DNA from: a virus
Direction: 5' to 3' (one strand)
Virus record (IMG/VR): IMGVR_UViG_3300043451_000043
DNA: 64,000 nt
Shown piece by piece: positions 10,032 to 20,104 of this stretch. Position numbers and translations under genes: made by a program. The notes beneath the pieces were generated by a model that saw only the letters and a list, made by a program, of their open reading frames with translations, was not told where the DNA came from and made no database searches. Positions within the stretch are counted from its first letter, which is position 1; the number at the start of each line of letters is the position of its first letter.

Positions 10032-10445
10032 ATGGCAACCCGCAAACCCCGTAAGTTCGCCGAAGGCGATTACATCGAAGACGACGCAGTGCAGACCGAG
10101 GAACAAAACGCCTCGAACAACGCTATCGCTGCGGCAGCTCCGGCTAAGACCCCTTCGTTCAAAGAAGCCTTCGCTGCCGCCCGTGGTGCTGGCGACAAGA
10201 CCTTTGAATGGGGCGGTAAGAAGTTCACCACTGAGATGGCCAAGCCAAAAGCCGCTGTCAAAGCTGAACCTAAAGTCAAGACATTGGCACCCGCTGACAA
10301 AGGTGAGACCCGCAAGGCTCTCCCATTGAAGAGCACCAAGTCTGAGACCGGCAACAAGTTCATGGGCTCTACCGGCCTCAAATCCGGTGGTTCTGTGAAG
10401 GGTTGGGGTATGGCACGTGGGGCCCGCAAGGCCAAGGTGTACTAA
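10032..10445 (+). CDS. basic protein with conserved C-terminal GGSVKGWGxARGARKAKxY tail (family member 2)
   Basis: RBS AAGGAGG. C-terminus KSGGSVKGWGMARGARKAKVY is near-identical to the C-terminus of the 10979-11197 protein. Confidence 0.5.
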   Translation: MATRKPRKFAEGDYIEDDAVQTEEQNASNNAIAAAAPAKTPSFKEAFAAARGAGDKTFEWGGKKFTTEMAKPKAAVKAEPKVKTLAPADKGETRKALPLKSTKSETGNKFMGSTGLKSGGSVKGWGMARGARKAKVY

Positions 10446-10717
10446 TGCGCCCGAGCCGCGGTATGGGAGCCATCTCTAAAGCCAAGATGCCTGCGAAACG
10501 AGAAATTGTTCGCAAGGACGGCACTGAGCCAACCAAACTTTTCAAAAAGGGCGGTTGGATTAAGGACGCCATCAAGAAGCCCGGCGCGTTGCATGAGCAA
10601 CTCGGTGTGCCAAAGGGTGAGAAAATCCCCGCGAAGAAGCTGTCAAAGGCCGCTAAGGCCCCCGGCAAGTTGGGCCAACGTGCTCGCCTTGCTGAGACAT
10701 TGAAAGGTCTCAAGTAA
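10445..10717 (+). CDS. small lysine-rich basic protein (family member 3)
   Basis: ATG overlaps the preceding stop (TAATG). Contains KKGGW and is K-rich. Confidence 0.45.
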   Translation: MRPSRGMGAISKAKMPAKREIVRKDGTEPTKLFKKGGWIKDAIKKPGALHEQLGVPKGEKIPAKKLSKAAKAPGKLGQRARLAETLKGLK

Positions 10718-10971
10718 TGGCTAAGACTCCTGCGTGGCAACGTAAAGAAGGCAAGTCTGAGAAGGGCGGCTTGAATGCTAAAGGGCGTGCCTCTTACAAC
10801 AAAGCGAACCCCGGCAAGCCCGGTCTGAAGGCCCCACAGCCTGAGGGCGGACCTCGCAAGAAGTCGTTCTGCGCACGGATGTCCGGGATGAAAGCCAAGC
10901 TGACTTCTGAGAAGACAGCCAAGGACCCCAACAGCCGCATCAATAAAAGCCTTCGGGCATGGAAGTGCTGA
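10717..10971 (+). CDS. small basic protein (family member 4)
   Basis: 84 aa, K/G-rich, ATG overlaps the previous stop. Confidence 0.45.
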   Translation: MAKTPAWQRKEGKSEKGGLNAKGRASYNKANPGKPGLKAPQPEGGPRKKSFCARMSGMKAKLTSEKTAKDPNSRINKSLRAWKC

Positions 10972-10978
10972 GGTAGCT

Positions 10979-11197
10979 ATGAGCTTTAAAGACCTTCAAG
11001 GCGCTATCGGTATCGGTGGCCCTAAACTCGCACAGGCGGCGGGTCCTATTGGTGGTGGCGCTATTGCGGAACCTATTGGTGACGAACGCGCTAAGTGGGA
11101 AGAAGAACAAAAGCAAAAGCAGCAGGGCTACAAAAAAGGTGGCTCTGTCAAAGGCTGGGGCAAAGCTCGCGGCGCACGTAAAGCGAAAATGTACTAA
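10979..11197 (+). CDS. small basic protein with conserved C-terminal tail (family member 5)
   Basis: C-terminus KKGGSVKGWGKARGARKAKMY shared with 10032-10445. Confidence 0.5.
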   Translation: MSFKDLQGAIGIGGPKLAQAAGPIGGGAIAEPIGDERAKWEEEQKQKQQGYKKGGSVKGWGKARGARKAKMY

Positions 11198-11199
11198 TC

Positions 11200-12132
11200 A
11201 TGGCAATCACATCTGGTCAAACTTCATTCAACCTCGATCTAACTGAGTTGGTCGAGGAAGCGTTCGAACGTGCCGGAAGTGAGATGCGCACTGGCTACGA
11301 CCTGCGCACAGCCCGTCGTTCATTGAACTTGATGTTCTCTGATTGGGCCAACCGTGGCGTCAACATGTGGACGATTGAGCAGGGCACCATTAACTTGGTC
11401 CCCGGTCAAAACACGTACCCACTGCCAAACGACACCGTTGACTTGCTTGAGCACGTCATCCGTACACAGGCAAACCAGACAGCAAACCAAGCTGACTTGA
11501 CCATCACACGTATCAGCGTCTCGACCTATGCGACCCTCCCAAACAAGCTTCAGCAGGCTCGTCCAATTCAGGTATGGGTCCAAAGGTTGGATGGACAGAC
11601 TACGGCGTCAATCACGACTCTTGCGAGTGACATATCGTCTACTGACACAACGATTACGCTGACTTCGACCGTGGGATTGGCTGCTGCTGGGTTTATCAAA
11701 ATCGGCACTGAGACGATCAACTACGGCTATATCAGCGGGGACCAATTGGGTAACTGCTTCCGTGGGCAAGACAACACAACTGCTGCCGCGCATAGCGCAG
11801 GCGATGCAGTATCTGTACGTAACCTGCCAGCCGTCACTGTCTGGCCAACCCCTGACAGCTCACAAGCCTATCAGTTCGTCTACTGGCGCTTGCGCCGTAC
11901 ACAAGACGCTGGCGGTGGTGTGAACGTGATGGACGTGCCATTCCGTTTCGTGCCTTGTATGGCCGCCGGTTTGGCATATTACGTCGCGATGAAGGTGCCC
12001 GGCGGTATGGACCGCTTACAGGTGCTTAAAGCCCAATACGACGAGGCATGGTCCCTTGCTGCGCAAGAAGACCAAGAGAAGGCTGCTGTGCGCTTCGTAC
12101 CCCGCCAGATGTTCATTGGTGGCGGGACCTAA
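11200..12132 (+). CDS. virion structural protein (adaptor/tail candidate)
   Basis: 310-aa ORF in the late operon, tight spacing. Confidence 0.45.
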   Translation: MAITSGQTSFNLDLTELVEEAFERAGSEMRTGYDLRTARRSLNLMFSDWANRGVNMWTIEQGTINLVPGQNTYPLPNDTVDLLEHVIRTQANQTANQADLTITRISVSTYATLPNKLQQARPIQVWVQRLDGQTTASITTLASDISSTDTTITLTSTVGLAAAGFIKIGTETINYGYISGDQLGNCFRGQDNTTAAAHSAGDAVSVRNLPAVTVWPTPDSSQAYQFVYWRLRRTQDAGGGVNVMDVPFRFVPCMAAGLAYYVAMKVPGGMDRLQVLKAQYDEAWSLAAQEDQEKAAVRFVPRQMFIGGGT

Positions 12133-12557
12133 TGGGTAATCGGTTTTCCTCCGCAAAGAACAGCATCGCCGAGTGCGATCGCTGCGGCTTTCAGTTCAAG
12201 CTGAAAGAGCTTCGCCGCGAGGTCGTCAAAACCAAAAATTACGAGTTGTTGGTGTGTCGTCCATGTTGGGACCCAGACCAACCTCAACTGTTGTTGGGTA
12301 TGTACCCTGTGGATGACCCACAGGGTGTACGTAACCCACGTCCAGACACTACGTACTACGCTGCTGGTACTACGGGTCTGCAAACAATCATTGGTGCTAC
12401 AGACGAAGACGGTGTTGGCTTGCCCAGCGGCGGTAGTCGAGTCATTCAATGGGGTTGGGCACCGGTTGGTGGGGCCAGCTTAGACGATAATGGTCTAACG
12501 CCAAATAACTTGGCTTTGACTGTGAATATTGGTACAGTAACGATCAGCACAACGTAA
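12132..12557 (+). CDS. zinc-ribbon containing virion-module protein
   Basis: ATG overlaps the upstream stop. CDRCGF...CRPCW Cys4 motif. Confidence 0.45.
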   Translation: MGNRFSSAKNSIAECDRCGFQFKLKELRREVVKTKNYELLVCRPCWDPDQPQLLLGMYPVDDPQGVRNPRPDTTYYAAGTTGLQTIIGATDEDGVGLPSGGSRVIQWGWAPVGGASLDDNGLTPNNLALTVNIGTVTISTT

Positions 12558-12567
12558 GGAGCCGAAC

Positions 12568-12774
12568 ATGGCAAAAATGGAATCCGGCAAAGCCGACATG
12601 GCACAAGACAAAGCCCTCATCAAGAAGGCTTTCAAGCAACACGACAAGCAAGAACATAAGGGCAGCAAAGGCACAACTTTGAAGCTCAAGGCTGGTGGCC
12701 CAACATCTATGGACCGCATGAAAATGGGTCGTAACTTGTCTCGCGCTAACAATCAAAAACCCGGGAGCAAATAA
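12568..12774 (+). CDS. small lysine-rich basic protein (family member 6)
   Basis: 68 aa, RBS AAGGAG, K-rich. Confidence 0.45.
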   Translation: MAKMESGKADMAQDKALIKKAFKQHDKQEHKGSKGTTLKLKAGGPTSMDRMKMGRNLSRANNQKPGSK

Positions 12775-12974
12775 TGGCTACCTACAAACAACCTAAGAAG
12801 GTGTCTACCCCTGTGGTTGGCGCTGACGACATCAAAAAGACACTGAAGGATGCCAACGTGTCTGTGGCTAATATCCACAGCAACACATACAAGGGCACCA
12901 AGACTTCGGGTATCAAAATCCGTGGTACAGGCGCAGCTACCAAAGGCGTGATGGCACGCGGACCAATGGCCTAA
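12774..12974 (+). CDS. small basic protein (family member 7)
   Basis: 66 aa. Ends in KGVMARGPMA, which resembles the KGWGMARG tail of member 2. Confidence 0.45.
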   Translation: MATYKQPKKVSTPVVGADDIKKTLKDANVSVANIHSNTYKGTKTSGIKIRGTGAATKGVMARGPMA

Positions 12975-12975
12975 C

Positions 12976-13701
12976 ATGACCTACGACGAACTCTACGCAA
13001 CGATTCAGTCCTACACGGAAAACCAATTCCCGGACACATATCTTGCTGATGGAAGTGTGGTGTCTACCAAGACACAGATCGACACGTTCATCAAGCAGGC
13101 GGAGCAGCGCATCTTCAATACGGTGCAGTTCCCTTCATTGCGTAAGAACGTCACAGGTAACGTCACAAACGGTAACAAGTATTTGTCTTGCCCAGATGAT
13201 TTCTTGGCGACGTACTCTATTGCGATCATCGACGCTGACGAGAACTACGAATACCTGTTGAACAAGGACGTCAACTTCATCCGTCAGGCGTACCCAAATA
13301 CGAACGTGACGTATAACGGCTTGCCAAAATACTACGCGTTGTTTGGGCCAACAGTAGTGGGGGGTGGCACGATCACAAACGAGTTGTCGTTCATCTTAGG
13401 GCCGACCCCAGATGCCGACTACGGTGTCGAGCTTCACTATTATTACTACCCAGAGTCAATCACCACTGCTGGTACCTCTTGGTTGGGTGACAACCTCGAT
13501 TCCGTTTTGTTGTACGGTTCATTGGTTGAAGCCGCAACCTTCATGAAAGAAGAGGCGGACGTCATCGCTAACTACAACGGCAAGTACGCTGAAGCTCTTG
13601 GCTTGGCCAAACGTCTGGGTGATGGGTTGGAACGCAGCGATGCGTACCGTAGCGGCCAATTCCGAACTCCACCTCTGGCACAAAACTTCGGGGTTAAATA
13701 A
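12976..13701 (+). CDS. virion structural protein
   Basis: 241-aa ORF, ATGA-type coupling with neighbours. Confidence 0.45.
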   Translation: MTYDELYATIQSYTENQFPDTYLADGSVVSTKTQIDTFIKQAEQRIFNTVQFPSLRKNVTGNVTNGNKYLSCPDDFLATYSIAIIDADENYEYLLNKDVNFIRQAYPNTNVTYNGLPKYYALFGPTVVGGGTITNELSFILGPTPDADYGVELHYYYYPESITTAGTSWLGDNLDSVLLYGSLVEAATFMKEEADVIANYNGKYAEALGLAKRLGDGLERSDAYRSGQFRTPPLAQNFGVK

Positions 13702-14132
13702 TGGCCATCGCACAAGGCGCTACCAACACATTCAAAGTTGGGTTGCTAGATGGCAACTACGACTTGGCTACAGGCAATTTCAAAATTGCCTTGTTCACGG
13801 CCGCCGCGTCTATTGGACCGGAAACTACTGCGTACTCTATCGGTATGCCCGGAGAAGTTGTAGCCTCTGGCTACACACAAGGTGGCAATCCACTGACGAT
13901 CACTCAGGTGCCCACCATTGGGAACCAAACAGGTAACGCCACAGCGTATCTTTCGTTTCAGAACGTTTCATGGACTTCAGCATTAACTGCACGAGGTGCA
14001 TTGATTTACAACACAGACACGAATGCTTCGGTCTGTGTTCTAGACTTCGGCGCTGACAAAACTTCAACAACAACTTTTACGGTGCAGTTCCCCGCTGCTA
14101 CCAACACAGCGGCGATCATCCGCATCTCTTAA
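13701..14132 (+). CDS. virion structural protein
   Basis: 143-aa ORF, overlapping start. Confidence 0.45.
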   Translation: MAIAQGATNTFKVGLLDGNYDLATGNFKIALFTAAASIGPETTAYSIGMPGEVVASGYTQGGNPLTITQVPTIGNQTGNATAYLSFQNVSWTSALTARGALIYNTDTNASVCVLDFGADKTSTTTFTVQFPAATNTAAIIRIS

Positions 14133-14143
14133 CAGGAGCTACC

Positions 14144-14749
14144 ATGCACAAAGAAATTTCTGGTTTTGGCGACAGCGCTACAGCCACGCTACAAACAAAC
14201 GCTACCGTGCCCGAGGGTATGGGTATCGAAGGTCACTACCACGTTGAGTGCCGTGACGCTGAGGGTAATTTGAAGTGGGAAGAAAAGTTCCCTAACTTGG
14301 TGGTCGCGGTCGGTAAGCAATTGATGTTTGACACATTGCTGAAAGGCTCGAGCTACACAGTGGTCGGCCCATACCTCGGCCTGATTTCTGGTTCTGGTAA
14401 CACCTTCGCCGCTGCGGACACTATGTCCAGCCATTCTGGCTGGTCCGAATTTACTGCATACACTGTTGGCGGCTCCGCTGTCCGCGGTACCGCTGTGTTT
14501 GGCTCCGCATCATCTTCCGGCTTGACCCCAGCCAACGTTACTACCTCGACGGCTTCTGCTATCACATACACCATCACAGGCGGTGGCGGTACCGTTGGTG
14601 GCTGCTTCTTGGTGACCGGCTCAGGTGCTTCGTCAACCATTAGCAACACTTCTGGTACGTTGTATAGCGCGGGTGCATTCGCTACCGCCAAAGTGACAAC
14701 TGCTGGTGACACTGTTTCTGTTACATACAGCACAACAGCAACTTCTTAA
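14144..14749 (+). CDS. virion structural protein (fibre-like, G/T/S-rich)
   Basis: 201 aa, RBS AGGAG. Confidence 0.45.
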   Translation: MHKEISGFGDSATATLQTNATVPEGMGIEGHYHVECRDAEGNLKWEEKFPNLVVAVGKQLMFDTLLKGSSYTVVGPYLGLISGSGNTFAAADTMSSHSGWSEFTAYTVGGSAVRGTAVFGSASSSGLTPANVTTSTASAITYTITGGGGTVGGCFLVTGSGASSTISNTSGTLYSAGAFATAKVTTAGDTVSVTYSTTATS

Positions 14750-14761
14750 TAAGGGGTCGAA

Positions 14762-17227
14762 ATGACTCTGGCGCTATACGATCGGGTTCAAGAGACCACG
14801 ACAACGGCGGGCACAGGCACTATCACCCTCACAGGTGCTGTGGCTGGCTTTCAGTCGTTTGCGGTTGTCGGTAACGGCAACACTTGTTACTACACCATCG
14901 TCAACAGCACGGCGTGGGAAGTAGGTATCGGCACGTACTCGACTACGGGCCCGACTCTGGCGCGTACAACTGTCCTATCGAATTCAAACGCGGATACATC
15001 CCCAATTACCTTAGCGGGTCCTTCGTCGGTATTCCTGACCTACCCTGCGGAGAAGTCAGTTAATTTGGATGCTGACGGCGTATTGGTGATCGGGGAACCA
15101 ATCAGCTACTCTGACACCGACATCATCGCTACGTTCGCTTCGACCGTAGCTGGTTACAACCAGATGATCTTGCAGAACAAGAGTTCTGCTACAGACGCCT
15201 CAGCCAACTTCAACGTCTCGAACGACACAGCCACGGACACCACAGGTTTTGCCGAGCTGGGTATCAACTCATCTACGTTTAGTAATGGTGCGGGCGCGTT
15301 CAACATCCCCGGTGCGGCCTACCTAGCCTCTGCTTCAACCGATTTGTCGATTGGTACGTATGGCGCGTACAACATCCACTTCGCTACGAACAGTAGCACT
15401 ACGGATTCGATGACCATCTTTAACAGCGGCGGAATCTCCTTGGGTGGTTATGGGGACCCCGGCATCGGTAACATCTCGGCCAATAAGTTCGTGCCCGGGT
15501 ACACCGCAGTGGCATCTGCTGGTGGTACGACAACGCTGACCGCGGCGTCAAACTATTACCAACGGTTGACCGGTACGCAGAACCAAACATTTGTGCTGCC
15601 CGACGCTACCACCTTGGTGACGGGCACAACCTTCCTGATTGCCAACGACTCGACGGGTACGCTGACAATCAAGGACGGCGCGACAACTACGATCGAATCC
15701 ATTCCAGCCACGGGGGTTGACTACATCTACTTGATTAGCAACAGCACTGTTGCAGGTACATGGAAGACGTATTCGTTCAATCCAAGCAACTATGACTTTA
15801 CGTCCGGTAGCGCCAACTTTGGTGGCGCTACGATTTCTAATGCGGTGTGGAACGGTACAACGATTGGTTCCGGCTACGGTGGTACAGGCTTAACTACATT
15901 TGTAGCGGCCAACAACGCGATTTACTCGACAAGCTCTTCCGCTTTGACCGCTGGCACTTTACCGGTGGCCGCTGGCGGTACAGGCATAACGTCACTAACT
16001 GCCGGGTACATCCCATACGGTAACGGCACATCTGGCTTCGCGTCTTCTAGCTCCTTGCAGTTCGCAAGCGGCGTGTTGGTTGTTGGTGGGTCATCTGTTT
16101 TAGGCGGGGCGACAAACCCCATCACTGCTTTCACTGGAAGTACCAACAACTACATCCAGACATACGTTTACAACCAGAGCACGGGTATTAGCGCGTCTTC
16201 TGACTTTGTGGCGTACACAAACAACAGCACCGATGCCCACGGTTGGGCTGACTTGGGCTTTACCAGCTCAACGTATGCGGACCCTGTTTACACGGTCACA
16301 GGCCCCAACGAAGCCTACGTGTTTGGCTCTGCGCTGAACAGCTCGTTCACCGGCAACTTGGTCTACGCGACGGACTCGACAGGTTCGGCCAACGCGCATC
16401 AATGGTACGTAGGTGGTTTCACGCAGCTCAAGTCTGCATGGAAGATGCAGCTCACCTCGACAGGTTTGCAGTTGGCTGACGCATTGGCCACAAGTTACGG
16501 GGGTACCGGCTCAACATCGACCACATACTGCTCACTCACTACGAACGTAACAGGCACACTCCCCACTGCTAACGGTGGTACAGGTAACACATCCGGTCAA
16601 GCTGCACGCGTGGCAAACGCGCTGTCTGCGGGTACGGGTATGTCGTACACCTCCGGCACTACGTTTGATGGGTCGGCTGCACGTACGTTGAATTTAGCCA
16701 ACACAGCGGTGACCCCCGGGTCTTACACGTACTCAAGCATCACAGTTGACGCTCAAGGGCGGCTGACGTCCGCGTCATCGGGGTCGGCCCCATCGGCATT
16801 TCCCGCCGGAACTGCTATGCTGTTTGTACAAACCGCCGCCCCAACGGGGTGGACTAAATCTACAACGCATGACAACAAAGCCCTGCGTATTGTTTCAGGT
16901 ACCGCAGGTTCCGGGGGTTCGGTTGCCTTTACAACGGCGTTTACTTCTGGGTTATCAGCAGGCGCTACGACACTTAGCACGTCCCAAATACCTAGCCATA
17001 ACCACATTGGTGGTTTCGCACGCGCCGCCGGTTTTGAGTATTCAAACAACGCACTTTATAGCTATGCAGATTTAACTAGCGGGACAGCCGTAGCCGCGCA
17101 GGCCAGTGGGTACTACACAGGACGTTATGCTTATACGTCTTCTAACGGTAGTGGCGGTTCGCATAACCACACACTCCCCAGTTTTGCTGTGCAATATGTT
17201 GATGTCATCATAGCAACGAAGGATTAA
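14762..17227 (+). CDS. tail fibre / tail spike-like protein
   Basis: 821 aa, extremely G/T/S/A-rich with GGTG/YGGTG repeats typical of phage fibre proteins. Confidence 0.55.
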   Translation: MTLALYDRVQETTTTAGTGTITLTGAVAGFQSFAVVGNGNTCYYTIVNSTAWEVGIGTYSTTGPTLARTTVLSNSNADTSPITLAGPSSVFLTYPAEKSVNLDADGVLVIGEPISYSDTDIIATFASTVAGYNQMILQNKSSATDASANFNVSNDTATDTTGFAELGINSSTFSNGAGAFNIPGAAYLASASTDLSIGTYGAYNIHFATNSSTTDSMTIFNSGGISLGGYGDPGIGNISANKFVPGYTAVASAGGTTTLTAASNYYQRLTGTQNQTFVLPDATTLVTGTTFLIANDSTGTLTIKDGATTTIESIPATGVDYIYLISNSTVAGTWKTYSFNPSNYDFTSGSANFGGATISNAVWNGTTIGSGYGGTGLTTFVAANNAIYSTSSSALTAGTLPVAAGGTGITSLTAGYIPYGNGTSGFASSSSLQFASGVLVVGGSSVLGGATNPITAFTGSTNNYIQTYVYNQSTGISASSDFVAYTNNSTDAHGWADLGFTSSTYADPVYTVTGPNEAYVFGSALNSSFTGNLVYATDSTGSANAHQWYVGGFTQLKSAWKMQLTSTGLQLADALATSYGGTGSTSTTYCSLTTNVTGTLPTANGGTGNTSGQAARVANALSAGTGMSYTSGTTFDGSAARTLNLANTAVTPGSYTYSSITVDAQGRLTSASSGSAPSAFPAGTAMLFVQTAAPTGWTKSTTHDNKALRIVSGTAGSGGSVAFTTAFTSGLSAGATTLSTSQIPSHNHIGGFARAAGFEYSNNALYSYADLTSGTAVAAQASGYYTGRYAYTSSNGSGGSHNHTLPSFAVQYVDVIIATKD

Positions 17228-17228
17228 T

Positions 17229-17531
17229 ATGCGCGTAACTATTGTTCGTTCCGACGGTCTTGTGTCTGTAAACGGCGTGGCGTACGCAGGGCTTGATTTG
17301 TCTTTTATACCTGTAGATATACACGCGGTTCAGTGGTATGGTTCTTCTGGTGAAGTAGAGTACGTGGACCCCATGACCAACCGTATGCTGGCTAATACGG
17401 CGATTGAATCTATTACGGCTTTTCAGCAAGCGATTGATCTGTGGGAAACGACAAACACTCAAGCTACCCCCGTGCCAGACAACCTATTGGTTGACGATGG
17501 TGATTTCAATACGCCTATGGAGCAACCATGA
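17229..17531 (+). CDS. hypothetical protein (fibre assembly candidate)
   Basis: 100-aa ORF immediately after the fibre gene. Confidence 0.4.
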   Translation: MRVTIVRSDGLVSVNGVAYAGLDLSFIPVDIHAVQWYGSSGEVEYVDPMTNRMLANTAIESITAFQQAIDLWETTNTQATPVPDNLLVDDGDFNTPMEQP

Positions 17532-17839
17532 AAATAGAACCCGAAGCAAACTGCCCGCTCAACGGCTTCAACCCATGTAAAAAGCTAGGGTGCGCTTGGT
17601 TTATGCAGGTTAGAGGAAAAAACCCGAACACGGGGGAAGACGCGGATGAATGGGGTTGTTCGATGGCGTGGTTACCCGTTTTAATGATCGAAAATTCGCA
17701 GCAACAACGTCAAACAGGCGCTGCTGTGGAGAGCTTTAGAAATGAGATGGTTAAATCTACCGAGGTGGGCCAGCGAGTCTTACTTGCTGCCGCCGGGGTT
17801 ACGCCGCAGGCCCAACAAATGATTTTGGAGGGTAAGTAA
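17528..17839 (+). CDS. hypothetical protein
   Basis: 103 aa, ATGA overlap. Confidence 0.4.
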   Translation: MKIEPEANCPLNGFNPCKKLGCAWFMQVRGKNPNTGEDADEWGCSMAWLPVLMIENSQQQRQTGAAVESFRNEMVKSTEVGQRVLLAAAGVTPQAQQMILEGK

Positions 17840-17941
17840 ATGCGCATGACTATCCGTGTACCAGACGGCGCGGTTGGCGTCGAGCAACGGTTTTTTCCCG
17901 GATTTGACATGCCGAAAGCAGTATGGGTGGGGGTGTAACGT

Positions 17942-18910
17942 ATGTTCGGTTTCTCTTCGTTTGCACAAACGCCTTTCGCGTCGCTTGCGGGGACTAGCTA
18001 CGTCTTTGCGATCTCAGAAAATGTTGATGTTGCGTCTAACACGACTGAGCAATCGAACTACAACGTTTCAGTCATAGACAATATATTATTAGAAGACCTG
18101 AACTCACAAGCAGGTCTATTCTTTGAGAACATTAGCGAAGATGTTGGTGTTGCAGATTCCAACACGCAGTCGTGGGCGTTCGGGCAAACTATCTCGGAAG
18201 ATGTGGTTCTGGCGGATGACCTCAGCATCGCAGCACAATTTGTAAACTCAGTATCAGAAGGCGTGGTGATCGAAGACACGCCTATACCGTACTTTGCGTT
18301 ACTGGAAGATTTGACTGAACCGATTGATTCCGTGGAGGATTCCAACACACAGGCGTGGGCGTTTGTACAGACAATCGCGGAGAACATTGCCGCCGCTGCC
18401 CCAGCAACAGTACAGGCCAATTTCCCGTTAAGTATCGCAGAAGCTGTCGAGGCAGGGGATACCGCGTCTATTGCCGCGCAATTCGCTACGGCTCTAACAG
18501 AGGCACTTGTATCAGAGGATATTGAGACCATCATCTCGGTGTTTTTCTTGGACATCATCGAAAATTTAGACTCTGCCGCGACGCAGGCTATCGCCGCGCA
18601 GTTCGCACAATCAGTTTTTGAAAATTTGAACCCTGCGGACGCAGCATCTGTAGCCGCAGCTTTCAAAGCTTTGATTGCCGAGAACGTTGAGATGTTAGAC
18701 AATAGCGCGGTATCCGGGTGGGTCAAGATTATTGACGCTCAGATAGCAGGGTGGAGTGGTATCGACGACACCCAATCAGTAACTTGGACTGCTGTAGACG
18801 ACTCACAAACATCAAATTGGGCATCCATCAATGGTAGTCAAACCGCGGGCTGGACAACAGAACTGGATTCACAGACCCCTAGCTGGTCTACCATAACAAA
18901 CATTCAATAA
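17942..18910 (+). CDS. internal-repeat virion protein
   Basis: 322 aa with roughly 50-aa internal repeats (DSNTQ[SA]WAF, IAAQF...E) and four C-terminal 11-aa repeats D-SQT-x-W. Confidence 0.5.
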   Translation: MFGFSSFAQTPFASLAGTSYVFAISENVDVASNTTEQSNYNVSVIDNILLEDLNSQAGLFFENISEDVGVADSNTQSWAFGQTISEDVVLADDLSIAAQFVNSVSEGVVIEDTPIPYFALLEDLTEPIDSVEDSNTQAWAFVQTIAENIAAAAPATVQANFPLSIAEAVEAGDTASIAAQFATALTEALVSEDIETIISVFFLDIIENLDSAATQAIAAQFAQSVFENLNPADAASVAAAFKALIAENVEMLDNSAVSGWVKIIDAQIAGWSGIDDTQSVTWTAVDDSQTSNWASINGSQTAGWTTELDSQTPSWSTITNIQ

Positions 18911-18919
18911 GGACGCAAA

Positions 18920-20101
18920 ATGTCTTCTAGCTACTCACCAGACCTTCGCATTGAACTCATCGGTACCGGCGACCAAGCCGGTGTATGGGGCGCTACCACG
19001 AACACAAACCTTGGCACTTTGCTGGAATCCGCAATTGCTGGGTATACATCCGTCGCCGTTGCTTCTGCTAACCAAGCTTTTACAGTGTTGGACGGTGTAG
19101 CAGATCAAGCTCGTAACGCCACAATCGCGTTGACCACTTCTACCGGCGCTAACTTTGCGGTGTACGCCCCTCCCAGCCCCAAGCTGTATGCTATCTATAA
19201 CGCTAGCTCATACACCGCTACGATCTACAACTCGACTGTCAGTGGTAATACTACGGCTGCGGGTACCGGTGTAGCTATCCCCGCAGGTAAAACAATGACC
19301 GTATGGAGTGATGGTACAAACTTCGCCCAACAGAACACCCACCTGATCTCCCCTACGTTGGCATCGCCAACAATGACTACACCCGCGTTGGGTACCCCTG
19401 CTTCTGGCGTATTGACCAACGCTACTGGCCTGCCTATTTCTACTGGCGTGGCTGGTCTTGGTACCGGCGTTGCTACTGCTTTGGCCGTGAACGTCGGTTC
19501 TGCTGGTGCGCCGGTTGTTAACGGTGGGGCTTTGGGCACACCCTCTTCAGGCACGTTGACTAACGCTACAGGACTTCCATTGTCTTCTGGTGTTACAGGT
19601 ACATTGTCGGTAGCTAACGGCGGCACTGGCGCTACGTCTATTACATCTGGTGCTTTGGTTAAGGCCGCAGGTACGGGGGCTTTTTCAGCCGCGTCTGCTT
19701 CCGACATCGTAGGGCAAATCGGCTCCACCCCTGTTGCAAACGCTACCACGGCTGCAAACGGCGGCGTAACTTCCGTTAACAGTGCGACAGGCGCTGTTGA
19801 TCTGGCTTCTTTAGCTGCTTTTGATAGGTCTTTAAGCACAAACGGCTACCAAAAATTCCCGGGTGGTTTTACTGTGCAGTGGGGTACCGGAACCTACCCT
19901 AACACCGATTGGTTGTATACGGCCTTTCCTACGTCATTTGCGAGCCAATGCGTCGGGGTGTGGGTTATTATTCTGTACGATCAACAGGCATACGCTACGA
20001 TTTTGAAGCCATCGGCACCACCAACAGCGGCGGGTTTTACACACTTCACATTCAGCAACCCTACGGGCATACCATTCCGCTATATCGCCATCGGCTACTA
20101 A
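18920..20101 (+). CDS. tail fibre protein
   Basis: 393 aa. Repeated motif LGTP[AS]SG[VT]LTNATGLP and a G/T/A-rich composition. Confidence 0.55.
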   Translation: MSSSYSPDLRIELIGTGDQAGVWGATTNTNLGTLLESAIAGYTSVAVASANQAFTVLDGVADQARNATIALTTSTGANFAVYAPPSPKLYAIYNASSYTATIYNSTVSGNTTAAGTGVAIPAGKTMTVWSDGTNFAQQNTHLISPTLASPTMTTPALGTPASGVLTNATGLPISTGVAGLGTGVATALAVNVGSAGAPVVNGGALGTPSSGTLTNATGLPLSSGVTGTLSVANGGTGATSITSGALVKAAGTGAFSAASASDIVGQIGSTPVANATTAANGGVTSVNSATGAVDLASLAAFDRSLSTNGYQKFPGGFTVQWGTGTYPNTDWLYTAFPTSFASQCVGVWVIILYDQQAYATILKPSAPPTAAGFTHFTFSNPTGIPFRYIAIGY

Positions 20102-20104
20102 GAT

